From the NCBI RefSeq assembly GCF_006345805.1, contig NC_042997.1, positions 66,340,001 through 66,404,000 of the forward strand: a DNA stretch of 64,000 nucleotides, given 5' to 3'. The notes under the pieces were generated by a model. The model was given only the letters and a program-made list of their open reading frames with translations, made no database searches and was not told the origin of the DNA. The position numbers were made by a program, and so were the translations under genes. Source of the stretch: Octopus sinensis (Eukaryota). Of this stretch, positions 28,155-41,018 are shown piece by piece; positions within the stretch are counted from its first letter, which is position 1; each line of letters opens with the position of its first letter.

Positions 28155-28520
28155 AGGTATGACTGTGTGGTAAGAAGCTTGTTTCTCAATCATGTGGTTC
28201 TGGGTTCAGTCCCACTGTGTGGCACCTTGGACAAGTGTCTTTTACTATAGCCTAAAGCAGGCCAAAGCCTTGTGAGTGGATTTGGTTGACAGGACCTGAA
28301 AGAAGCCCATCGTGTGTGTAGTTGTATATACTTGTGTGTTTGAGTCTGTGTTTGTCCCCCACCATCACTTAACAACCAATGTTGGTATGTTTTCTTCCCT
28401 GTAACTTAGCAGTTTGGCAAGAGAGACTGATAGAATAAGTGCTAGGCTTACAAAGTCCTGGGGTTGATTGTTCGACTAAAACCCCTTGTGCTCCAGCATG
28501 GCCACAATGAAATGACTAAA
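28155..28520 (+). mobile_element. tRNA-derived CORE-like SINE, near full length
   Basis: GACTGTGTGGTAAGAAGCTTG...GGTTCAGTCCCACTGTGTGGCACCTTGGACAAG...CCAGCATGGCCACA. Confidence 0.8.
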
Positions 28521-28554
28521 ACAAGGAAAAGAATAAAAGTAAAAGAATGCAAGG

Positions 28555-28920
28555 TGGGGGAGAGGGATTTCCAAAAGGTTGATGTTCTTTGGCAGAAGAA
28601 CTAACTGTGTAGTGGTCAGTCGAGTATTGGTAATGTCAGTTGAACTTGGTGAGGCAGTATGGATAACAAGAGGAGGAGAGACAAGAGAGATGGTATGTAT
28701 CCAGCTAGTTCAGAAGAGTAGATGCTATTGTAGTAAAGAACAGATTGAAAAGACAGCAGTTACATGGGATAAATGTTGCAATGTGTTGGTGAGTCTTTAT
28801 ACATTCAATCTGTCCTAAATGTAAGAGCGGTATTCTGTTGTAAGTTTTATTTGAGCTTTGTAAAGAGCTGGAGTATATGGCTATCAGAGTTAGTTTCAGC
28901 TATTGCATGAATTAAATTGG
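28555..28920 (-). mobile_element. CR1/Jockey-group LINE 3' RT remnant
   Basis: Minus-strand fragments YKAQIKLTTEYRSYI and YYNSIYSSELAGYIP resemble the YKAQIRPxMEYCSHIW and YYxGxCSxELA motifs of these LINEs. Confidence 0.55.
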
Positions 28921-29632
28921 TTTACTTAGTTGAATAATTTTTCATCACAACTACTGCTAATTATTAAATTACATATTGGTCCCTGTGGAAAATCCATACA
29001 TGACAACTATTTAGTTATGTTGTTAATTACGTATGGCAAAGTGTATTGAAAAGGATAGTTGAATAAAGTACATGTTCTTCTTTATCATTTAATAAATAAT
29101 AAAATATATGCATAAAAAATATATCATTAGCATCATTTTACGTCTGCTTTCCATACTGGCGTGGCTTGGACTTTTTGATAGAATCTAGAGGTTGAAGGCC
29201 CATGTCTTGCTCCAGTGTCTCAGTTTTGACATGGTTTGCCTTCCTAGTGCCAACTTCTTTACAGAGTATATTGGGCGTTTTTATCATGGCACCAGCTCTT
29301 GAGATATTGCCTTGTAACTCACTAAACTATGTCTATATTCATATCTGCAGTCTATACATGTATGCATGTGAATGAACAAGCAAAAAATGTGGCACTCGGC
29401 ACATTTGTTAGGAATTACATATATTATATAACTACAGTTAAATGATAACGGTTATCTAACTCTCAAGAGCTATATTCATTTTTACAAGCTCACAAAGTTG
29501 CATGGAGCTTATTGAGCTATTATATATATATATATATAAGATATAATTGAGGTTCAGTTGAATTAAGTACTTAAGTTGAAGCACCAAGTCAGTCTGGTAT
29601 TATCTGCACACCTCAAAGTAAGGGGAATATGT

Positions 29633-29669
<37 letters not shown>

Positions 29670-30385
29670 TAGATAAACTTACCTAGAAATGGATGTGTGG
29701 TGTTCAATCCAATAATAATATAAATGATATATATATACATATGTATGTATATATATATATATATATATATTAAATCTTAGGGAATAATAAGTATTCCAGG
29801 TTATCAGGACATTTACTATTTTACACTTTACTAATGTGCAATGTAAACAGTATCATTTATAATATTATTACAAACTTGGGATTTTTACGGATAGATTTAT
29901 GTTATTCCCTTAATACTTAGCGCATGACAGATGGAGTGGCCATTTACACATGAATGAGGAGTCGATAACATGTCGATAAGTATTCTTCCTCTGTTAAACT
30001 TTTTTACTAGTTTCATTCAATACTTATAACGTATATAGTGATTTTTACTAAGTAATCTTTTTAAACACTATTAACTTACATTTGACATTAAAAAATGGTA
30101 ATATTTACTTCTATAGATAGGGATAAATCTTACACTAAATTATTAAATCCTGTAGGATTTGATGAGTTTATAATATAGTCGTTGAGGATTTCCTTAGGTT
30201 TAGCATTTTCTATATATATTAGAATTGTAATTTAGATGTTTAATTTTTTTTTAATGTTTTTAAAATATATTTGTACTTGATATATTTTTATTACATTTTT
30301 ATTCTTATTCTTATTTTTCTATTTAATATGACTTCTAATATGTATTTTTAACTTTGACCCATTAATAATAATAACAATAAGATAA

Positions 30386-30466
30386 ATAGCCTGAGGATGC
30401 ACTGGTGGATTTATGCATTAGGTATAGCCTTGATATACACTCCACCAGTGCAGAAACACGTAGCGT
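30386..30466 (+). ncRNA. Hammerhead-like motif with perfect 12-bp stem II
   Basis: CTGAGGA (30391-97), TGCACTGGTGGA (30398-409) pairing with TCCACCAGTGCA (30441-52), GAAAC, ACGTA. Stem I is only 2 bp. Confidence 0.55.
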
Positions 30467-30634
30467 TGATTAGAAATAACTTCTTCCCCACAGACTAATA
30501 AGAGGTAAGTTACATATATGTTTTTCATCTACTTTTATTGTATTTTGTAGTAGGTTTGTTTAACTGCTTATATTGTTTTATTGAATATAACTTTCTATGT
30601 GTATCCCATACAATAAGATGATCCTGAAATAGGA

Positions 30635-30667
<33 letters not shown>

Positions 30668-30764
30668 AAAAGTTCAGGATTCAAGTGGATCAGGTACCTA
30701 AATAGTAAGACACCAAGCCAAGGAATAATTAAGAGACACATAATGTTGGTTCTTGAAATCATCA

Positions 30765-31963
30765 TCATCATCATCATCATTTAACGTCCGCTTTCCATGC
30801 TAGCATGGGTTGGACGGTTCAACTGGGGTCTGGGGAGCCCGAAAGCTGCACCAGTCCAGTCAGATCTGGCAGTGTTTCTACAGCTGGATGCCCTTCCTAA
30901 CGCCAACCACTCCGAGAGTGTAGTGGGTGATTTTATGTGCCACCGACACAGGTGCCAGACGAGGCTGGCAAACGGCCACGCTCGGATGGTGTTTTTTATG
31001 TGCCACCGACACAGGTGCCAGACGAGGCTGGCAGACGGCCACGCTCGGATGGTGTTTTTATGTGCCACCGACACAGGTGCCAGATGAGGCTGGCAAAACG
31101 GCCACGATCAGATGGTGCTTGTTACGTGCCCACAGCACGGAGGCCAGTCGATGCGGTACTGGCTACGGCCACGTTCGGATGGTTTTCTTGTGTGGCACTG
31201 GTACCACAAGGATACAAATTCCATTGATGTTCATCTATTTTGATTTGTTTTGATTGATTTTCACTTGCCTCAACAGGTCTTCACAAGTGTCACAAGAAGG
31301 AAGGTATGCACAGGTGGACTGACTACGTCCCAGGTAGGGGCCATGGGTTATGGCCTGACTAGTCTTGCCGGTCTTCGGATGGTGTTTTTATGTGCCACCG
31401 ACACAGGTGCTAGATGAGGCTGGCGAACGGCCACGATCGGATGGGGTTTGTCATGTGCCCACCGCACTGACTACAGCACTGATGGATTTCTTGTGTGCCA
31501 CAGGCACTGGTACCACAAGATACAAATTCCATTGATGTTCATCTATTTGTCTATTTTGATTTGATTTGATTTGATTTGATTTCACACTTGCCTCAACCGG
31601 TCTTCACAGGTGTCACAAGAGGAAGGTATGCACAGGTGGACTGACTAGTCTTGCCGGGTCTTCGGAAGGTGTTTTTATGTGCCACCGACACAGGTGCCAG
31701 ATGAGGCTGGCGAACGGCCATGATCGGATGGTGTTTGTTACGTGCCCACAGCACGGAGGCCGGTCGATGCGGAACTGGCTACGGCCACGTTCGGATGGTT
31801 CTCTTGTGTGCCACCGGCACTGGTACCACAAAGTGTGTGCCACCGGCACTGGTACCACAAAGATACAGATTCCATTGATGTTCATCTATTTTGATTTGTT
31901 TTGATTTTGATTTTGATTTTCACTTGCCTCAACAGGTCTTCACAAGTGTCACAAGAAGGAAGG
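30765..31963 (-). mobile_element. RTE LINE 3' region with three tandem 290-330 bp units
   Basis: Family 3' end at 30765. Units start near 31046, 31376 and 31663. Confidence 0.8.
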
Positions 31964-33568
31964 TTTTAAAATGTTTAATTCGTGTATATTCACCTGATGA
32001 AAACAAATTTATACCTCATGATATAATAACTCTGTTCTTCGATAAAAAAAATCTCGTTTGAAACAGCTGTAGTGAATGAACTAATATCTGTCTGTTGTTA
32101 GTTGTTTTTGTATGTATGTATACACACATAACTATATACATATATATATACACATGTATATATGTGGCTGTGTAGTTAAGAAGCTTGCTTACCAACCTTG
32201 TAGTTTCAAGCTCAGTCCCTTTGAACCTTGGACAAGTATCTTCTACTAGATCCCTGGGCTAAACAAAGTCTTCTGAATGATTTTGGTCAAGGGAAACTGG
32301 AAAAGAAATTCATCATGTGTTTGCATGTGTGTGTGTGTGTGCCCGCATGTGCTTGATTCATTTGTGCTTCTCCAAAAAACTTGTTCAGCTATGAGCCATG
32401 AGATTGCTCTCAGTTCCCCCTTGTCAGTGGCTGACCACTACCTTTGCACTGCCAAAGAAATGTGGAATAAGACATCCCTTGCTTGAAATAAAGAAGCTAA
32501 GAGACAGCAACAAAAGTCATCTACCTTTAAAACAATACCTCTATAATATATTCACATAACGCATGTCAGCTGGATATGACCTGTGTATGGAAAACAGATA
32601 TAAAATATGAACATATTTCCAATTCATACAAGGGCAGTTAAATTCATTTTCAGTCATTATTCAGCTAACTAGACAACTTGTTAGCATTTCCATGAAATTC
32701 AGTTATAATGAATGTAACTAGATGTCAGCTAGATGTCAGCTAACTAGATGTCAGCATTTCCAGAAATACAGACATATTGAAAGTACCATTGAAGCTAATT
32801 GCCTTTGATGTGCATGTCAGATGGATGGACAAATACAGATGGAGTCACACAGCTAATTAGTGGATTATTAAATGCTTCCAATTATATTTTGGAGGGTGAG
32901 GTTCACAAATAGTGGCGTTACAATTTCTAAACTTAAGGCCTTGCGGTAAGTAGTCCATTTCCTTAGGTTCATGGAGTGTCATTCCTCATATATCCTAACC
33001 ACTGTGCTATTGCAAGTTCTCATTTTTCTGTCTAAAGGAAACCTTGTTTAGTGGAGTAAATTATCATTTTCTCTTTTTGTTTTGTTTGATCATGTGGTAC
33101 AAGATATTGTTTAGGAGGCAGGCTATGAACACTGAACTCTGAGTTTATAACAAACTGTTTTTAACTATCAGCCACCAGCTCTCCACATCTCATCCAATGA
33201 CAATAGAAATGTAAGCCTATGATTATTGCTGCTGGGAGGCATTGTTGGGAAGATGACACATTTGAATAAATATTGAGATAGCTAGATAGATAAAGAAAGT
33301 GAGAGAGTGAGAGGGAGAGAAAGACATGCTAGCCGTGTTAGATAACAAATAAACACAAAGAAAAGGTCTTCTCTTTTTCTAGAATAATTTTTCACAATTC
33401 TTCTGGCTGTCTTATGATACACAGCTCCATTTTCCTGCTGTCAACTTTTGTGTTCTTTCTTCCATTTGTTCTTTAATCTATCTTATCACAGCTTCCTGTT
33501 TCCCATTTATGAAATTATCCAATCACATCACCCCTGCCCGACAGAGCCTCCACCACACAATCACTGCT

Positions 33569-33622
<54 letters not shown>

Positions 33623-34149
33623 ATCTATCTATCTATCTGTATCTCTCTCTCTCCTATCTCCCTCTTTTTCATCTTCAGATGCACAAAGCTGTGTGTGTGT
33701 GTGTGTGTGTGGTGAAGTGTGTTCGAGTCTCCATCCTTCACTATCTCTAAATATGTACATTTTTGTATGTACGTGCTCTCTCAGCTATTTAACTGACAGT
33801 ATTTCTTTATAACAACAACACTGACAATAAAAGAAACAGCAGCAATTGTATTGAATCCATGGAAACTAAAACCCGCCCAGAAGAAAGACCATGGATACCA
33901 GAATTACTGTTCATAGATAAAAAGAAAAATATCAGAAATAATAAGACTATTTAATGAAGTAATTCAACAAATTTTACAAGACATTGACAATGTGGCTTGA
34001 TATATCTGAGCTAATTTCCTTACCACAGTGTTACATATGGACATCATCATCATTGTTATCATCAACATAGTCAGAGAGAGTCTTCTAGACTTGTTCATTG
34101 TAGAGGAGTCAGATTAAGAGCTGATCTTCACATGGTAATTCTCTTTAGG

Positions 34150-34400
34150 GCCTCCCAGTAATTGCCAAGCTCAAGTGAGACCCAAAATAGAGTATTGCCC
34201 TCACATCTGGGATGGTGCTGCTCTCAGACATCTGAGGTTGCTTTCAGAAAAGAGTTACCCATATGATTGGCACAGAATCATTCAGAGACAGGCTCCAGTC
34301 CTTGGCCCTCAGATACACTGTCTCTTTTCACTGCTTTTTTCAGTCGTCTCTGCCCTTTATACATTGCTGGCACATGCTACCTCCTCTCAAAAATTAGCAT
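34150..34400 (+). mobile_element. CR1/Jockey-group LINE RT C-terminal remnant
   Basis: VRPKIEYCPHIWDGAA..HL motif, same group as 28555-28920. Confidence 0.6.
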
Positions 34401-34889
34401 CCTATTCATCTCTCCAAGGCAACAAACTGGCAGAACTGTTGGCATGCCAGGTGAAATGCTTAGTAGTATTTCGTCTGCCTTTACATTCTGAGTTCAAATT
34501 CCACCAAGGTGGACTTTACCTTTCGTCCTTTCAGTGTTGAAAAATGAAGTACCAGTTGTGTATTGGGTCGATCTAATCGACTAACCCCCTCTACCAAAAT
34601 TTTGGGCCTTGTGCCTAGAGTAGAAAAGATCCTATTCATGTTTCCCCCTTTCATCATTTTCGTTTTTTATGCAACCTCTCTGGTGCTGCACTAATCCTTA
34701 TGCCCAGGCATTCCTTCCCAGTATGCCATCCCTCTGGAATCCCCCCACACACACACACCTGTTCATGCTTTGCTTGAAGATGTTGACTTACAAAGCAGTG
34801 ATTCTCAACCAAGACTTTGTTGTTAAAATTTATCTGCAATAAATTTTAACAACAAAATAAATTTGTTATACTTCTACAATATCTTTTAT

Positions 34890-35255
34890 CTTTTATCTCT
34901 TACTTGTTTCAATCATTAGACTGTGGCCATCTCCTTGAATAATTTGTAGCCGTACAAATCACCCCAGTACTTACTTTTAAGCCTGATACTTATTCTATTG
35001 GTCTCTTTGCCAAACTACTAAGTTACAGGGATGTAAACAAACCATCAATGGTTGCCAAGTGGGGATGGGAGACAAAAGCAGACACAAACACACACATATA
35101 TACACATACACACGGTAGGCTTCCATCTACCGAATCCACTAACAAGACTTTGATTGACCCAAGGCTATAGAAGAAAACACTTGCCCAAGGTGGAACAGAA
35201 CCCTTAACCATGTGGTTGGGAAGCTAGCTTCTTACCACACAGCCATACCTGCACC
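34890..35255 (-). mobile_element. tRNA-derived CORE-like SINE
   Basis: Reverse complement of the 28155 family. Confidence 0.7.
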
Positions 35256-36657
35256 TAAAATACATGAAATATTTTCAGAATATTTTTTATCTAATTTCTT
35301 AATAATGTTTAATTATTAAAAAAATCTACAATAGGATATTTTTAAACATCAAATGGCTCTGGGGATCCATCTGAGTAAAACAGGAATCAAAGAGGTCTAT
35401 AGGAAAAAAATGGTTGAAAAGCACTGTGCTTAAGGGAACAGTAGTGACATAAATTTCCCTGTTCTTCGAAAACCTGTTAAAGCCAAAGGTACTGCTTCCT
35501 TTTTCCAGAGACAAGTGCAAACAAAACAGAAAGCAAGTGAAAAAGTATGATCACTCTGAAGTGGTTTCCCATTCTGAAGATTAGAAAGCAGGAGTTGAAC
35601 TCAGCACTGTTTTAAGGCCTCCATCAGCCAGAGTTAAACATGTATGTGCTCCAGTATGTGCAGGTCTGGGGCAAAGTTTATTTTGTATTATACTAGCAGT
35701 GGCTGATGCATGCAAAACTCTCTTCTCCATGCCACTAATGTTGTCCAAGAGAACGGCTAAACAAAGTCCAATAATAGACTTCAATGCTGTCACAGGCATT
35801 GCTGTCAGAATTTCAAAGAAGGGATAGAACAAGTACCACAAGATGTACCATCTATTTCTCTAAACTCTGCTGCCAGTCCATCAGCTTGGGCTCATAGTTT
35901 TTCTACCAACTCCAAAAGGATGAAGGGCAAAGTTGACCTTGGTTGTATTTGAACATAAAGCTCAGAGAGTTGGAACAATTACCATAAGGCATTTTATCCA
36001 ATGCTGGAGTCACTCAGTTAATTCAGCACCTTAACACTACAAGCTAACAAATACAGGAAATTCAACAATAAGGATGTGGTTGAAAGCAGGTGCAGGGATA
36101 TTTTGTCTCAAAACCAGTCACATGGTATAAGCATGGAATTGAGCTTCTGGCATAACAATGGTAACAAACAATACAATATGATGGGATATATTCTGATGAA
36201 TAAATGCTTTTTGTATGTAATTTGTTTGAACTATTAATTAAAGCTTAAAATATGAAACAAAATTTGACTCATCCTGGTATATACATATATATAGACTGAT
36301 AGATAAATAGATAGACAGACAGATATCATGAGGACCTTTCAGGTTTTGTATACCAAATCCACACACAAAGTTTATTATTGAGAACTTGTATATTTGGAGA
36401 TTGTCATTCATTGTATAAATAGGAATGTAATATCGGTCACTTAATGTGGTAGTCATGGTAAAGAAATTATATGCTACAAATGGTAATGTTGAACTGGAAA
36501 AATTTGAAAAATGAGAATTAGATAGAAGTAAATAAAACCAAAACCATTTTGACATCTAAAGTACATAGTATGGGTGATGGCTGGTTTTGTGATATTCAAC
36601 TTAAAAGGTTCTTACTCACTACGTTAAGAATATTGAGAATATTAGCACTGTCTTTAA

Positions 36658-36686
<29 letters not shown>

Positions 36687-36689
<3 letters not shown>

Positions 36690-36905
36690 AAGATGCCGAG
36701 TGCTGGGAACACAAAAAGGGGATGAATTTATCGAGAGTGAAAATCAAAAATGTTTACTGATAACTTTAACAACTCGTACCGCGGTTTCTGCTTCTTTCTA
36801 GCAAAACACATTCTGTGTTTTGCTAGAAAGAAGCAGAAACGTTTTTGATTTTCACTCTCGATAAATTCATCCCCTTTTTGTGTTCCCAGCACTCGGCATC
36901 TTTAT
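36687..36905. repeat. Nested perfect fold-back with half an HHR
   Basis: Outer 64-bp arms 36687-36750 and 36842-36905, and inner 27-bp arms 36784-36810 and 36814-36840 (loop TTC), are exact reverse complements. 32 bp of the left arm have no partner. Confidence 0.9.
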
Positions 36906-37433
36906 TTAGGAGCCCTTAATTGTATAACTACATGAATAATATTTTTCTATATGAATAATATTTTTGTCTTATGACTAATTCGTCTTTTGTGCTGGGCACC
37001 TGGTAGTAAATAATATTACTACCCCTCTTGTTTATATATATATATATATATATATATTACAGAGAATCCACACAATGTATTTTAAACCTGTTTGTGCATG
37101 TGTATGTACACACACACACACACACACACACACTTGCTCTCACACACACATATACACATCTACAGAAATACTAGGTCAGTTTTACCTTTTAGTCATTTGG
37201 TATGCATAAAAAAATAGTATTAGTTGAAGCTAGTGGATAGACAAGATTGTTAGAGTATCTGAGGGGATGCCTGGCATTATCTGTTCTGGTTCTGTGTATC
37301 TTGAGTTCAAATCATGCCTCTTTGCTGAAAAACAGTAACATTTAGTCACAAATTGTAGCCAACTAATAGTATCTGCAATTTAAGAAATAGCAATGCGTAT
37401 AAAGTGTCCTTGGTTCAATCAGAAGTTTGACTA

Positions 37434-37480
<47 letters not shown>

Positions 37481-37888
37481 CAGATAGTAGAGTTACAGGT
37501 TGGAATAACCATCTAAGGGATAAAAATATACTTTACTACCAGCGTAATTACCTTTATTAACCCTGGACATAGACATGCAAGCATATTATGCTCATAGGTT
37601 ACAGGCAATGACAAAGATAAACATGAGTTTATCAGGAATCAAATTTGTGTGTGTGTGTGCATGCATTCATACTTACACATTATGAATGCATATGTATGTG
37701 TGTGTGTGTGTATGTATATATATATATATAGAGAGAGAGAGGGGGGAGAGAGAGAGAAAGATAGATATAGATACATAACTACAGTGAATTTGCCTTTAGA
37801 AGTTGAAATATGTCACAAACATATTTTAACTAACCTAAGTTTTGCATGTGTGTGTGTATGTATGCATATGTATACACACACACACACA

Positions 37889-37920
<32 letters not shown>

Positions 37921-37931
37921 TATATATAGTG

Positions 37932-37982
<51 letters not shown>

Positions 37983-38004
37983 ATATATATATATATATGT
38001 ATAC

Positions 38005-40260
38005 ATGATATAAAGCAGAAATCTAATAGAAGCAAATACAGACTTAAATCTTCTAAAAATCCACCACCTATTTCGGAATTGGAAGTCTTTGAAAAAGACC
38101 TTTTTCAAGCTTATTAGAAAAATTAAATTCTGCAAATTCAACAACCAACTCCAGAGAGCTATGAATGAAAGAACTTGGATAAGATCTTTGTAAACTCCGA
38201 TAAGACAAGAAACTTTTACGCGGTTGACAAAGATGTTTATAAACATCTACTTTTGAACAGTATTACAGACACCTACAAAAAAAGATTGCACAAACTTATA
38301 TAAAGAGGTGAATTTGGAGGCAAGAAGAATTGCTAACAACCTTAAAGTTAGTGATAGGATAGAATATCTCATTCCACACCAACCCTTTATTACCCTAAAA
38401 GACCACAAAGGTAACTTCAATAGAAACCCTAAATACAGACTAATTAACCCAGGTAAAACTGAAATAGGTATTTTTAGCAAATATATTTTAGATCGTATTT
38501 TAAGCAAGTTAAATAGTGAATTAAATTTACAGGTTTGGGAGAATAGCAAGTCAGTGATAGATTGGTTCAAAGGGATTAGTCATAAGCATAACTGCAAATT
38601 TACGCAGTTTGATGTTGTCAATTTTTACCTGTCAATATCTAAGCCTGTGCTTCTAAAACCATTAGATTTTGCCAAACAATATGTCACGATCGATAACTCA
38701 GAAATAGTTATTATCCTGCATGCAAAGAAATCCCTTCTTTTTTATGTGGATTCCACATGGGTCAAAAAGAGTGAGGATTCTCTTTTTGATGTACCAATGG
38801 GAGCATATGATGGGGCAGAGATATATATATGCTCATAGGAGCTTATATTTTGCATAATCTGCATCTAGAATTCCCTTTTATTAATGCAGGATTATACAGG
38901 GATGACGGTCTTATAGTCACCCATAATTTAAATGTCCATGAGTTAGATAAACTTACGAAAAATCTGATTACTTTTTTCCAAAGAATGAGCTTACAGATTA
39001 CAATAGAAAGTAACCTTAAAAGCATAGATTTACAATTAGATAAATTTAAACCCTACTGTAAGCCCAATGGAAAGCTATGTTATATTAGCAAAGAATCTAA
39101 TCATCCATCCATAATTCTTAAGAACCTAGTTAGTAATGTAGGAAGGTGAATATCATCAATTACTTTGGATGAGACAGCATTCCAAAATGCTGCACCGTAT
39201 TATAATAATGCAATAAGGAAAAGTGGATTTTTGGAGAAGATCCAGTACAGTCAAGTTAATTCTAGCAATAATAGGCCACGTAGAACTAGAACTAGGAAAG
39301 TTTTGTGGTTTAATGCTGCATTTAATATTGCTGTAAAAACTAATATAGGGAGGGAATTCTTAAAATTAGTTCCTAAGCATTTTCAATCTAGCCATAAGTT
39401 CTATAGAATATAGAGAACACTGAAGGTTAGCTATTCTTGTTGCAAAAACTTTGCCTCTTTTATTAGCCAACATAACATGAAAATTATTACAGACAACTAC
39501 AGTACTGAATTTAATCTGAGGAACTGCAACTGCAAAGATGAAACTGTTGGAAGGAAAATGTCTTGAAAAAGGTATTATTTATAGAGCCAAAGTGCAAGTA
39601 GATGGCTCACAAGAATATAAAACATATACAGGGGCTTCTGAAAATTCATTCAATACTCGATTCTATTCCCACCAAAATTCTTTCTAATACCCTGAGAACA
39701 GGACAGCGATTAGTCTTGAAAAGCATGTCTGGGAATTGAAAGAGAATAACACCCATCCTTTCAATGTAACCTGGGAAATTCTAGAAAAAGTATCAGCATA
39801 GAGACATGGAATTTATAAAAGACCAATGAAATGTAATCTTTGCCTTTCAGAAAAGTTCTTCATTCTGTTCTAGGATAAAATTGCTTTGAACCAGAGATGG
39901 AGCTCTTAAATTCCTGCAGGCACGCTGCAAAGTTTAAAATGTCAACCAACAAAATACCGTAAGGGTAAAATGTTTTCACTTTCGAAATATTTTTTGACTG
40001 TCGCATTTGAATTTGACTTTACACAGAATAGTTATTTTGCATTACAATGTTAGAATCTTAGTGTATATTTCGACTTCATTTTTAAGAAAGCCTTTGACTG
40101 TTTTACAAATTTAAGCTTAAGCTTCGCCGAGGTTTATTTTTATTGTTTACTCACATATTCAATTATGTTATATCAAATTAATGTACAATTTCCTTAGTTT
40201 TACATTTTAATATTATGTACACCGGACAGTTTTTAAATTGCTTGCATATATACGTTATGA
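38005..40260 (+). mobile_element. Penelope-like element, near-complete RT plus GIY-YIG ORF broken by frameshifts and stops
   Basis: KYRLINPGKTEIG, QFDVVNFYLSI, FDVPMGAYDGAE, GLYRDDGL, YISKESNHP, WFNAAF, CNC linker, IIYRAK..YTGASE..RFYSH, CNLCLSEK and terminal CRH (ORF pieces 38308-38838, 38829-39149, 39165-39413, end about 39962). Confidence 0.88.
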
Positions 40261-40972
40261 TGTATACATTTATCTTGATGTGAAGATACGTCTCTATTTA
40301 TGTGTATGTATGTATTGTAGGTATGTATATGTATGTATTTGTGTATGCATATATGTGTGTGTATGTGTATATATATAAATATATGTATACATTTATATAC
40401 ATATATATATGGCATGTATTTGCGTATATATTTTCATATATTTGTATATGTATTTATATGTGTGTTTATTTGTATGTATGTTTGTACTTATATAGATATA
40501 CATGTAATTTTATGTGTTTGTTGCGCAAGCTATACAGAGTATCTAATCATCCTTAGATACATTCAAACGCCATGATCTAACACTTTCTACCCCTATCTAT
40601 TTTCTTCCCTTTCTCTCCCTAATTTTCTATTTCTCTTTCTTTTACTTCTTTTTCTTCTTTTCCACTGTTTTCTCCCCCCCCCCCACCTACTTAATATTTT
40701 CTGATTTTTTTCCTTCTCTTTCTTTCACCTGTAACAACTAACTTGTATAAGCATACGCCAGGAGATTTTGTGCATGTGCATGCATACATATATATATATA
40801 AATGCATTTGTAATAAGAAGATTTTATACCAAAATTTGTTCATTGCATGCAACCAGTCATTGAAAAGACCATTAATTGAAAGGACCAATGAAATAAAACC
40901 ATTTTCAAATGTGTATCTATTAAACTAATTGTATATTTTTGCTTATAACTTTATTTTGGTTCTGTTCTAAAC

Positions 40973-41018
40973 AGAACTGTCTGACGAACAGGCATGTGAA
41001 ACTCTGAGTAACAGTTTT
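40973..41018 (+). ncRNA. Minimal type I hammerhead ribozyme, complete consensus core
   Basis: AGAACTGT-CTGACGA-ACA-GGCA-TGT-GAA-ACTC-T-GAGT-A-ACAGTTTT: 8-bp stem I (one G.U), CUGANGA, 3-bp stem II, GAAA, self-complementary stem III, GUA triplet. Predicted cut after 41010. Confidence 0.72.

Noticed and set aside
30925-31963. Repeat arrays here and at 43473-44224 as CRISPR
   Set aside because: Eukaryotic context, long tandem units with no unique spacers, no cas genes, and clearly LINE UTR-derived.
34796-35426. hAT-like MITE ends CAGTGATTCTCAACC ... GGTTGAAAAGCACTG
   Set aside because: The flanking 8-mers do not match, so a single element is not supported.
35590-35660. DGGLK motif as possible MLH1 exon 2
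   Set aside because: Wrong strand, and no LDA or DNG context.
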